64,000 nucleotides of DNA, from positions 2,634 through 66,633 of the forward strand of contig DASWHF010000018.1 in the NCBI GenBank assembly GCA_036393295.1, in the 5' to 3' direction. The DNA is from Acidiferrobacterales bacterium (GTDB lineage: Bacteria > Pseudomonadota > Gammaproteobacteria > Acidiferrobacterales > UBA6901). The notes beneath the pieces are model-generated. The model worked only from the letters and a program-made list of their open reading frames with translations. It searched no databases and had not been told where the DNA came from. How positions within the stretch are numbered: the stretch's first letter is position 1; the number at the start of each line of letters is the position of its first letter. A program made the position numbers and the translations under genes. Positions 10,701 through 17,370 of this stretch are shown here, piece by piece.

Positions 10701-10810
10701 TCGATCGGCAGGGTGCGATACGCCCACAGCCCGCCGGCGATCACCGCCACGGCGACGAGCAGCATCATGAGGCGCTGCACCAGCGCAAAGCGGATGAGCG
10801 CGGCGATCAT
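7718..10810 (-). CDS. czcA: Heavy-metal efflux RND transporter, CzcA/CusA family
   Basis: 1030 aa from MIAALIRFALVQRLMMLLVAVAVIAGGLWAYRTLPIDAFPD. Typical HME-RND architecture throughout. The upstream 122 codons of the track ORF are arginine-rich read-through. Confidence 0.9.
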   Translation of the reverse strand: MIAALIRFALVQRLMMLLVAVAVIAGGLWAYRTLPIDAFPDIYTPQVQITIKAPGMTPEEVEQRITFPIELEMQGLPRQTALRSLNKYALGLVTVWFEDGTDIYWARQQVAERLSQVRDALPGEVEPVLAPITTPLGEIYMYRIEGGALSNAERRTLQDWVIRPRLRAVAGVADVNSLGGEVRAFEVRAQPERLARHGLGLDDLERALAESNRNAGGDRINRADRTLLVRTVGVLRNPDDIGRVVVATRAGAPVLVRDVADVRLGALTRYGAVTADARGEVTTGLVLLRKGANGRATVEGVKRELAALAPALPEGVRIVPFYDRAELIESAVRTVETVLGEAVVLVLIVLVVLLGNLRAALTVALILPLSVLFTFLMMRLFGISANLMSLGGLAIAIGLLVDAAVVVVENIHTQLAQAPKGVGRLHLVYRAASEVGVPVLAGILIIVIVFLPLFALSGLEGKMFGPLALTLCLALTGSLLLSLTVIPVLASLLMRGTGHHREDRVLAALKRVYLPAMRWALRHRRTAIGGALAALALAAALFPFIGREFMPVMDEGTTVIIIEKQPDITLEASLDADAVYHRAMMALPEVTGVVSRTGADELRLDPMGLYQTDNFIQTRPRAEWTRSLGEFQEALRAQIEPFDGIELAFTQPIDMRVSEMLSGVRAALAIKLYGDDLAVLETVSKRIEQMASKVRGAVDIVRPPLLGQRYLQIEIRAARIARYGIRAEDINRLVETAVGGRVVTEVVEPARRTGVLLRFPEAARTTPAALARLPVEAPGGAKVPLALLADVREVDGPVQITREAGKRLAVVQVNVEGRDVVGFVADVRAAIAREIGLPRGYYLEYGGQFENQQRAAARLGLVVPVSIALIFALLFTTFRSLSQAGLILLNIPFALIGGVLSLYASGLYLSVPASVGFTALFGVAVLNGVVMVAYFNQLRDAGRSVLQAVQEGAERRLRPVLMTALIASLGLVPMLLATGPGSELQRPLAVVVIGGLVTSTALTLLLLPTLYAWLMSRAERPSRRTSGDTP

Positions 10811-12081
10811 GGCGTCGCCTCCGGGGTCAATACCGAACGTCCGGCGGCCGCGCGCAGATTCGCGGCGGCGAGCGCACTCGCGCCGAGCAACTCGAGATGA
10901 CGCGCCTGGGTGTCGAAATAGAGGTTGTTGGCATCCACCAGCGCGAGCAGGTCGGCCTCGCCCACGGCGAAGGCGCGACGCGTGAGATCGAGAAGTTCGC
11001 GCGCGGGAACGAGCAGCGTGGTGTGCAGGCGTGCGAGCTGCTCGGTGAGCCGCGCCAGCTCCGCATGGCTGCGGCGCAGGCGCGTCACGGCGTCGCGCTC
11101 GCGCGCGGTGAGGTCCGCCTGTGCGCCCAGGGCCAGGGCGCGTGTGGCGTCGACCGGGCCGCGGTTCAGATTCCACAGCGGGACCTGCACCGTCAGCGCG
11201 ATGCCGGTGACGTCGCGGCGCGCGCCGTTGAGCACGTCGCGCTCGCGAAACACCCCGACCTCGGGATCGGCGAAGCGCTGCGATTCGGCGACGGCGATCG
11301 CGGCGCGTGCCGCATCGCGCTCGTGGCGCGCGGCTTCGAGCGCCGGGTGCACGGCGAGATCGCGTTCGAGGGCGGCAAGCCCGGGGAACGCTGCGGGCGC
11401 GACCAGCGGCGCGACGTCGATCGGCGCGTCGGCGGGAAGATCCAACAAGGCGCGGAATTCGATCGCCGCCTGATCGTGGTCGCGCTGCGCCGCGAGCACG
11501 GCCTGCTGCGCCTCTTCGGCGAGAATCGCGACCCGCCGGCGCTCGAGCGGGGGAAGGTAGCGCACCAGGGGGTCGCGCCGGCCGGCGCCGCCGCCGGCGT
11601 AGGTCTTGGTCAGCGCGAGCCTGTCCTGGGCGAGATCACGGCGCGCCGCCGCGAGTTGCAGGGCGTGAAACGCGGCTGCGGCCCGTTGTTCGAGCTCGAG
11701 CTGGCGATGGCGGCGGCTCGCCTGTGCGGCGCGCAGCGCGGCTTCGGCCGCGGCCCCCTGACGCGCCAGACGTCGCAGCGGCAGCGGCTGGCTGAGCCCG
11801 GCGCGCGTGAGATCGGTGCCGCCTTGGCCGTCTTCCTGGCCGAGCTTGTCGTCGGCGCGCAGATCGACACTCGGGTTGGGCCAGCTCTCCGCCTGGCGCA
11901 ACGCGGCGGCGCGCGCCTCGACGTCGGCCGCGGCGGCGTGTTGCTCGGGGGCCACGTCCAGCGCGCGCCGGGTTGCGGACCGGAGCGTCCAGCTCGCGGG
12001 TTCAGCCGCCGCGGGTGGTGGCAAGGGCGCGGCGGCGATCCACGCCGCGAGCGCCGTGGAAACGGCAATTGTACGATTCAC
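10807..12081 (-). CDS. czcC: Outer-membrane efflux protein (TolC/CzcC family)
   Basis: 424 aa with a signal peptide (MNRTIAVSTALAAWIAAAP) and two OEP-type coiled-coil/beta repeats. Its stop overlaps the czcA ATG as ATGA. Confidence 0.8.
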   Translation of the reverse strand: MNRTIAVSTALAAWIAAAPLPPPAAAEPASWTLRSATRRALDVAPEQHAAAADVEARAAALRQAESWPNPSVDLRADDKLGQEDGQGGTDLTRAGLSQPLPLRRLARQGAAAEAALRAAQASRRHRQLELEQRAAAAFHALQLAAARRDLAQDRLALTKTYAGGGAGRRDPLVRYLPPLERRRVAILAEEAQQAVLAAQRDHDQAAIEFRALLDLPADAPIDVAPLVAPAAFPGLAALERDLAVHPALEAARHERDAARAAIAVAESQRFADPEVGVFRERDVLNGARRDVTGIALTVQVPLWNLNRGPVDATRALALGAQADLTARERDAVTRLRRSHAELARLTEQLARLHTTLLVPARELLDLTRRAFAVGEADLLALVDANNLYFDTQARHLELLGASALAAANLRAAAGRSVLTPEATP

Positions 12082-12184
12082 CAGTCAATCCTCCGCGCGC
12101 GGCCGTGAGGCCGCATCCAGAGAGGGCAGGAGCGCGCACGAGCAGCTTGCTCGCGCAGCAGCTTATCGGGTCAACGTGGGGGAA

Positions 12185-12574
12185 CTAGCGCGGCGGTGCG
12201 CGCAACGGCGGGCGCAGGCGCAGGCTGACCGACGGAAGCAGGACGCATCCGTGCACCGTGGCGAACCGGTTTGCCGGTCCGTGTGGCAACAAGATCAGGC
12301 CGATGGATGCGAGAATCGCGATCAGCGCGCCCGCGACGAGCACCTTGACCAAGGCCAGGTTGAGCGGCACATGCCGGTCGCCCGGCTGATCGTCGCCGTC
12401 ATCGGTTGCGAAGAAGTGGCTTTCCAGGTGCACGGCGGTGGCATGCGCATGGTCCGTATCGGGCGCGTGCGGCGCGTGCAGGCACACGCGCAGTCCCGGG
12501 CCGAGCAGCAGGGCGAGCAGGGCGGTGATCAGAAAACGGCGCTTGGCGCGACGTGTTCGCAGACGACTGAGCAT
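12185..12574 (-). CDS. Small His-rich membrane protein, putative metal-binding accessory protein
   Basis: N-terminal TM, then a HAPHAPDTDHAHATAVHLESH stretch, then a second TM. It heads the czc operon. No family was recognised. Confidence 0.35.
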   Translation of the reverse strand: MLSRLRTRRAKRRFLITALLALLLGPGLRVCLHAPHAPDTDHAHATAVHLESHFFATDDGDDQPGDRHVPLNLALVKVLVAGALIAILASIGLILLPHGPANRFATVHGCVLLPSVSLRLRPPLRAPPR

Positions 12575-12744
12575 TGCCGCAGTATAGGGGGGGCCGGCGG
12601 CCTTGAACAGATTGGCGACAGGCGGCGCGTGATCGTCCCGTCCCGGAGCTTTCTATTAAAGCGCGTTCAACTTACGACCGCGAGCGTGAGACCCGCAGAG
12701 CGCCGCCCGGACATCCCAAAGGGTCTTCTCTATAGGCAGACATA

Positions 12745-13009
12745 GGCAGACCGAAAATCTCCCGCCAGAGGACTTAATAGAGGACTTTTAGTTCGCCCAA
12801 CAACTGGGGCGGGCTGGGCATTGACGCTACCGACTTAATTAATACGTATAATGTATATTATGTAAAATAATAAAAAGCACCCATATCAGTACGCTAGCCA
12901 TTTCCGGTTGGCCCTTCGTCGTTCCACCCAAAAGTCCCCCGTTTCCACCCAAAAGCACCCCAGGGTCGCGGTCAACGAGAGCGCTTCGGCAGGAGATTTT
13001 CGGTCAGCC
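12745..13009. repeat. 18-bp inverted repeat pair bounding an AT-rich ~230-bp segment (possible element relic)
   Basis: GGCAGACCGAAAATCTCC (12745-12762) against GGAGATTTTCGGTCAGCC (12992-13009) is 17/18 complementary. A direct duplication TAGGCAGAC/TAGGCAGAC lies at the left end. Confidence 0.4.
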
Positions 13010-13292
13010 TGAGCCGTCCAGCACGGGCTGTCTGAAAAGCCCTCTGCGGACCTCACGCTCAGCAATAATTGCTTGTATCTTCCCTCGCCACTCTTGGCGA
13101 TGATTTTACACATCCATGCCAACGAATCAGCTAAAGCAGCATCGTCATCGAGGCGTGATCGATATACTCGATCAGCCATCTTGTCCAGGGTAGCTCTTTC
13201 TATAATGTCCGGGCCGTCGCCCAATGAGTTACTTTTGGGTGGAGTTGCCGCCCACTGAGGGACATTTGGGTGGCGAAGTTTGCACCCAAATG
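12922..13292. repeat. Array of five copies of a ~13-bp motif tCCACCCAAA(A/T)G: two on one strand at the left, two inverted plus one direct at the right
   Basis: The copies are at 12922-12935, 12943-12956, 13231-13244 (inverted), 13263-13273 (inverted) and 13282-13292. Confidence 0.45.
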
Positions 13293-13397
13293 CCTCTCAT
13301 CACCGATCCATCGGGACAACAGTCTATGGATAAAATCGCTTACGTTAACTCCTGTTGGGGGTGTTTCGGGTGGAATGACGGCTCCATGAGTGGCTTT

Positions 13398-14456
13398 CTA
13401 GTCCACTCCTGCCTTCCCTTCCCGGCGCGCGCCCGGTTCGATATCCAATCGCGTGCAGGCACCCGCGGCGGCCGTGTGCACATGCACCGGCAGAAATCGC
13501 GTTAGCAGCCAGAGGACAGTCTGCGCGTGGGCGGACAGGTCGCGCACCAGGAAACTTGACCGGCCATGCGCGAGCGCGGCGTAAACCGGGATCTGATCGG
13601 CGGCATGGATGTCGAGCGTGGCGCCGGCGCGGATTTCCGCGCGCAGCGCCTGTGCGGCGTTCTCGGCGATGCGCTCCGCGGCGATGCCGCGTTGGGCTAC
13701 CTCGGACCCGCCGAGCAGCGCCTGTCCGCAATGCGCCCACAGCACGATCGCACCGCCCTGCCCGACGGCTTGTGACCGATCTAGCACGAGTTGTTCAACT
13801 TCGACAGGCGCCAGATCGGACAGCGCCTGCACCGCGGTCTGATGCATGCGCATTGCGATATGCGCCGGCAGGTTCGCTACATGAACAATGCCGCGGATTT
13901 CCTCTGGCGCGCCCGCCGCCTCCAGTCGAAGCGGACCTAGCCGGCCCGGCCACACCTCCGCCGTAATCTCGCCGCCGCCCCGCGGGTAGTAACCGCGGCG
14001 CAGCAGCGTCAGCTTGACGTCCGCCCCCATGCGCGCGAGCAGTGGCAAGAAGACGAATCGCAGATAGTCGAACGGCGGTGCGCCCCGAACGTCGGTGCCG
14101 CCGATCAGATGGATACGAATCGGCGTGCTGCAGAACAGCGCCGCCGGGAGCAGCGCCTGTAGCACCAGCGTCACGCTGCCCGCCGTCCCCACGTCGAAAC
14201 GAAACTCGCCGCCACGGAGCTGCCCGGGACGAAAGGTAAGCGTCTGCGATCGCAGTTCCAGCCCGTCGGTCTGGGCGCCGCACAGCGTGGCGACGGCCTT
14301 CACCGCCGTGAGATGTTGCGGGGCCAGGCCCGGGGGTCTGCGGCGTGCCCGGATGTCGTGAATCCGCACCGCCTGGCCCGTGATGGCGGACAAGGCGCAG
14401 GCCGTGCGCAGCAACTGCCCCCCGCCTTCGCCGTATGCGCCGTCTAGGTCGAGCAT
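13398..14456 (-). CDS. rtcA: RNA 3'-terminal phosphate cyclase
   Basis: MLDLDGAYGEGGGQLLRTACALSAITGQAVRIHDIRARRRPPGLAPQHL...HAADQIPVYAAL is full-length RtcA-like (352 aa). Confidence 0.85.
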   Translation of the reverse strand: MLDLDGAYGEGGGQLLRTACALSAITGQAVRIHDIRARRRPPGLAPQHLTAVKAVATLCGAQTDGLELRSQTLTFRPGQLRGGEFRFDVGTAGSVTLVLQALLPAALFCSTPIRIHLIGGTDVRGAPPFDYLRFVFLPLLARMGADVKLTLLRRGYYPRGGGEITAEVWPGRLGPLRLEAAGAPEEIRGIVHVANLPAHIAMRMHQTAVQALSDLAPVEVEQLVLDRSQAVGQGGAIVLWAHCGQALLGGSEVAQRGIAAERIAENAAQALRAEIRAGATLDIHAADQIPVYAALAHGRSSFLVRDLSAHAQTVLWLLTRFLPVHVHTAAAGACTRLDIEPGARREGKAGVD

Positions 14457-14748
14457 GGCCCGGGCGTCATCCGGCGCGCCCGGGAAGCCGTCGGCCGGCC
14501 GGGGAATACGGCGTGGATCTCCCGTGCAAACTCATTGGGCGATGTATCCTTGATCTAATGACCATGCCGCTAGACAGCGCGGCTCGCCAGCTTGTATTAA
14601 ACCTACAAAACTTGCATCATTAAACAATCAGTTATCGGCCTCGGCGTCTCCGCCATGACGGCCCCGGGAACTGGTGTGGCGATGGCGCGTATTTTGCATG
14701 GATTTTGCGTCTCAAATTAAGGGCAACAGAGCCTCGAGCGGAGTTCCC

Positions 14749-15432
14749 ATGGCAAAAAAGATCCCTGAAATTTACCAGCACATCGCCATCATCATCCTGG
14801 TGACCCTGATGGCCATCGGCGCCAATCTGCCCGATGAAATCAGCAAGGGTCTGGGGATCAACAAGAACTACCTGCTCATCGGCCTGATCGCGATCGTGAC
14901 GGTGTCGCTGGTGCGCTATCTCAAGTTCACGCTGATACTGGTGATCGCCATCCTGGCGGTCGGCGCCAATCTGCCCGAGAGCATCGCCAACGAGCTGGGA
15001 GTGAGCACGCAGGTCATGTTCTTCGCGCTGGTGGCGATGGTGGTGGTGTCGTTCATGAATTTCGTCCTGCACCTGCCGAAGGGCGTCAAGCCCATCAAGC
15101 AGATCAACAGCGCGCACGGCGCGCGCGCCCTGTGTCAGGCCGCGTACAAGGGCCACGCTTCAATGGTGTATTCACTGATCAGCGCGGGCATCAATCCCAA
15201 CTATTCCGACGAGCGCGGCAACGTCCCGCTGGTGGTGGCGGCCTCGCAGGGGCGCGCGCTGGTGGTGAAGCTGCTGCTCGACAACGGCGCGGACGTGAAC
15301 GTCAAGGACGGTTCCGGCAAGACGGCGATGCAGGCCGCCGCCGAAGGCGGCTTCAACCAGACGGTGGTGCTGCTCAAGAACGCCGAGCTCAAGTCCCTGG
15401 GCGGCGGCGCGGCCACGCCGGCGGCGGGATGA
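14749..15432 (+). CDS. Membrane protein with internally duplicated GANLP(D/E) TM module and C-terminal ankyrin repeats
   Basis: ATG at 14749 follows GAGCGGAG. Two ~45-aa hydrophobic repeats each carry (A/V)GANLP(D/E). The ankyrin part reads GHASMVYSLISAGINPNYSDERGNVPLVVAASQGRALVVKLLLDNGADVNVKDGSGKTAMQAAAEGG. Confidence 0.7.
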   Translation: MAKKIPEIYQHIAIIILVTLMAIGANLPDEISKGLGINKNYLLIGLIAIVTVSLVRYLKFTLILVIAILAVGANLPESIANELGVSTQVMFFALVAMVVVSFMNFVLHLPKGVKPIKQINSAHGARALCQAAYKGHASMVYSLISAGINPNYSDERGNVPLVVAASQGRALVVKLLLDNGADVNVKDGSGKTAMQAAAEGGFNQTVVLLKNAELKSLGGGAATPAAG

Positions 15433-15668
15433 GACCCTGCCCTGCCGCTAAACGACGGAAATGGTGCCCCGAGCCGCTATCACAACATCCGCCGCGTAGT
15501 TGGCGGTCTGGGTCCACGCCTTCAACGTGTTTGGGTTTGCCCTCCCAGAACGGGACAGTCGCCAAAAGTAACCGCACGTGCGTGATGTGCAGATTGGACG
15601 CTGTGAAACTCTGCAATGGTGCCCGGGGCCGGACTCGAACCGGCACGGGGTTGCCCCCGAGGGATTTT

Positions 15669-16378
15669 CTTACCCGCTACGGCTTTCGCCGCCGCGTTCC
15701 GTGAAGAACGCATTTTGTGGTCTGGACTTTCTCTTTTCCCTAGGCTAGTTTTCACCAGCCCTTAGGTAGGGGCCGTTAAGTCTCTACACTTTCCCAAAGC
15801 TGGAGCGATACAGGGACGATCGTGAAGCTCCGAAAGTATTCCGCCATGCAGCTCAAGCTGGCGGTGAAGACCGCCACATCGCTGAGGCAGGTTTTGCAGA
15901 AGCTCAACGTCGCCCCGTACGGCGGCAATTACGACGTTCTCAAGAAAGCCATTCGGCACTTCGATCTCGATACGTCGCATTTCGTCGGTCAAGCATGGAG
16001 CAAGGGGAGGAAGCTCGCGCCGCGATGGCCGATCGAACGCTATCTCAACAATTCGCGCCCCGTACAGTCCAACAGACTCAGGCGCTGGCTGTTGCGTGAT
16101 GGCATCCTTGAACATCGCTGCTCGTTCTGCCGCCGAACACGATGGCTCAACCGGCCTATTCCCCTCGAGCTTGATCACATCAACGGGAACAACAAGGACA
16201 ACAGGCTGGAAAACCTCCGTCTCTTGTGTCCCAACTGCCACGCGTTCACTCCAACATACCGCAATAGAAAGCGGTCTCGGGCTTAGCTCGGGATTGTCAC
16301 CGCCATGACGCGCTGAGATTCCCCCGAATTTGACCCCATTCATGCCAGGGGTTTCCCGCCTGGATGCTCAAATTACTT
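15669..16378 (-). mobile_element. Group I intron (IC3-like, tRNA-Leu(UAA) type) with an ORF insertion
   Basis: It follows U34 and ends in G. The 5' part reads AAGUAAUUUGAGC...GGCGGGAAACCCCUGGCAUGAAUGGGGUCAAAUUCGGGGGAAUCUCAGCGCG. The 3' part reads GUGUAGAGACUUAACGGCCCCUACCUAAGGG...GUAAG. These match remembered core segments of the Azoarcus tRNA-Ile and cyanobacterial tRNA-Leu introns (GUCAAAUUCGG, GUGUAGAGACU, ACCUAAGG). The non-ORF core is about 245 nt. Confidence 0.8.
15822..16286 (+). CDS. HNH homing-type endonuclease encoded antisense within the intron
   Basis: The C-terminal ELDHINGNNKDNRLENLRLLCPNCH is a clear HNH motif, with CSFC...CPNCH as a zinc-finger-like pair. GTG at 15822 (ATG at 15846 is an alternative). 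The stop lies inside the intron hairpin CUCGGGCUUAGCUCGGG. Confidence 0.85.
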   Translation: MKLRKYSAMQLKLAVKTATSLRQVLQKLNVAPYGGNYDVLKKAIRHFDLDTSHFVGQAWSKGRKLAPRWPIERYLNNSRPVQSNRLRRWLLRDGILEHRCSFCRRTRWLNRPIPLELDHINGNNKDNRLENLRLLCPNCHAFTPTYRNRKRSRA

Positions 16379-16453
16379 AAGTCCCTTGCGTCTACCTATT
16401 TCGCCACCCGGGCAATCGGGAAGGCACTGCAACATTATACCGAAATGCGAAAC

Positions 16454-16527
16454 TGGAGGCTGGGGTCGGAATCGAACCGGCGTCCACGGCTTTGCAGGCC
16501 GCTGCATAACCACTCTGCCACCCAGCC
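16454..16527 (-). tRNA. cysT: tRNA-Cys(GCA)
   Basis: Reverse complement GGCTGGGTGGCAGAGTGGTTATGCAGCGGCCTGCAAAGCCGTGGACGCCGGTTCGATTCCGACCCCAGCCTCCA. Anticodon loop is CT-GCA-AA. Confidence 0.9.
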
Positions 16528-16651
16528 GGGATGTCACAAAAAGACAGGGAAAGCGTCGCGCTTCCCCTCGGGGCCGTCGCCCGGATCGGCGCCCCGCCTG
16601 CTCGCCGGTCGGCATTACGGCGGGCGGCGACGGCCGGCCCGAACAGAAGTC

Positions 16652-16726
16652 TGGAGCGGGAAACGAGATTCGAACTCGCGACCCCAACCTTGGCAAGGTT
16701 GTGCTCTACCACTGAGCTATTCCCGC
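16652..16726 (-). tRNA. glyW: tRNA-Gly(GCC)
   Basis: Reverse complement GCGGGAATAGCTCAGTGGTAGAGCACAACCTTGCCAAGGTTGGGGTCGCGAGTTCGAATCTCGTTTCCCGCTCCA. Confidence 0.9.
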
Positions 16727-16777
16727 GCTAAAGGCTGGGTATTGTAAACGCGGTCACTGGACTGTCAAGCGCGCGCC

Positions 16778-17368
16778 TTAAGGCCCGCGGGGCGGGCGCG
16801 ACAGCACCGGCCAGGCGGCCTTGAGATAGACCGCCATGGACCAGAGCGTGAGCCCCGCGGCCAGGTACAGCAGGATCTCGCCGATCTTGACCACCGGCAG
16901 GCCCCACAGCGGCTGGCGGTAGAGCATGAAGGGGATCGCCACCATCTGGCCGATGGTCTTGAACTTGCCGATGATCGACACCGCGACACTGGCGCGGCTG
17001 CCGAGCTCGGCCATCCATTCACGCAGCGCCGAGATGGTGATCTCGCGGCCGATGACGATCAGTACCACGATCGCGAACAGGCGCGGGTCGATCACCTGCG
17101 CCTGCACCCGCGGGTCGGCCGCCAGCAACACCAGGGCGGCGGCCACCATCAGCTTGTCGGCGACCGGGTCGAGGAAGGCCCCGAACGGCGAGGTCTGGTT
17201 CAGGCGCCGTGCCAGGTAGCCGTCCAGCCAGTCGGTGAGCGCGGCCAGCACGAACAGCACGGTGGTCAACAGCGGCGCCCAACCGTACGGCAGGTAATAC
17301 GCCACGATGAAGACCGGAATCAATACGATACGCAGCGAGGTCAGGACATTGGGCGCGTTCCAGAGCAC
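16778..17368 (-). CDS. pgsA: CDP-diacylglycerol--glycerol-3-phosphate 3-phosphatidyltransferase
   Basis: NVLTSLRIVLIPVF...ALTDWLDGYLARRLNQTSPFGAFLDPVADKL carries the CDP-alcohol phosphatidyltransferase motif. Synteny uvrC-pgsA-tRNAs matches E. coli. Confidence 0.9.
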   Translation of the reverse strand: MLWNAPNVLTSLRIVLIPVFIVAYYLPYGWAPLLTTVLFVLAALTDWLDGYLARRLNQTSPFGAFLDPVADKLMVAAALVLLAADPRVQAQVIDPRLFAIVVLIVIGREITISALREWMAELGSRASVAVSIIGKFKTIGQMVAIPFMLYRQPLWGLPVVKIGEILLYLAAGLTLWSMAVYLKAAWPVLSRPPRGP

Positions 17369-17370
17369 GA

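Larger units (their letters stand above)
15617..16413 (-). tRNA. leuZ: tRNA-Leu(UAA) interrupted in the anticodon by a 710-nt intron (exon 1 16413..16379, exon 2 15668..15617)
   Basis: The joined exons give an 87-nt cloverleaf: GCCCGGG-UG-GCG-AAAUAGGUAGA-CGC-A-AGGGA-CUUAAAA-UCCCU-CGGGGGCAACCCCGU-GCCGG-UUCGAGU-CCGGC-CCCGGGC-A-CCA. It closely resembles my memory of E. coli leuZ. All four stems pair perfectly. Confidence 0.85.

Noticed and set aside
10795-10815. Apparent 1-nt disagreement between my reading of the printed sequence and the ORF track at the line junctions near 10800 and again near 57900
   Set aside because: The track translations are continuous and biologically sensible across both sites (CzcA N-terminus; surE/pcm overlap). 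I therefore treat this as my own reading error, not a real indel. CDS coordinates follow the track, and motif coordinates carry a +/-1-2 nt uncertainty.
7706-10900. Very long ORFs on the strand opposite real genes: 7706..10900 +, 36786..40481 +, 57896..60649 +, 5039..6286 +, 61261..63366 -, 43072..45195 + and many others in the track
   Set aside because: Their translations are Arg/Ala/Gly/His-rich and low in complexity, with no domain motifs. They mirror well-supported genes on the other strand. They are classic high-GC shadow ORFs.
12745-12790. The left inverted repeat as a relic Tn3/Tn21-family terminal IR, which would be expected next to mer genes
   Set aside because: Only a short resemblance (ACCGAAAAT against my memory of ACGGAAAAT in the Tn21 IR). 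There is no GGGG terminus, no TAAG inner end, and no transposase or resolvase remnants.
12886-13224. A 112-aa ORF in the AT-rich scar
   Set aside because: It has a TTG start, and its C-terminal third is translated straight through the inverted repeat and the CCACCCAAAAG motif copies (giving FWVE twice). The N-terminal ~70 aa might be a fragment of a former gene, but I cannot assign it.
14457-14748. A sigma-54 (-24/-12) promoter upstream of rtcA, expected by analogy with E. coli rtcBA
   Set aside because: The best candidate (TGGCGAGCCGCGCTG on the minus strand) has the wrong GG-to-GC spacing. No rtcR is present.
15617-15668. A tRNA-Leu 3' fragment that looked like an att-site duplicate marking a genomic-island boundary
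   Set aside because: The matching 5' half lies 710 nt upstream on the same strand. The intervening sequence has group I intron boundaries and core motifs. A split gene explains it better than an integrase footprint, and there is no integrase in the window.
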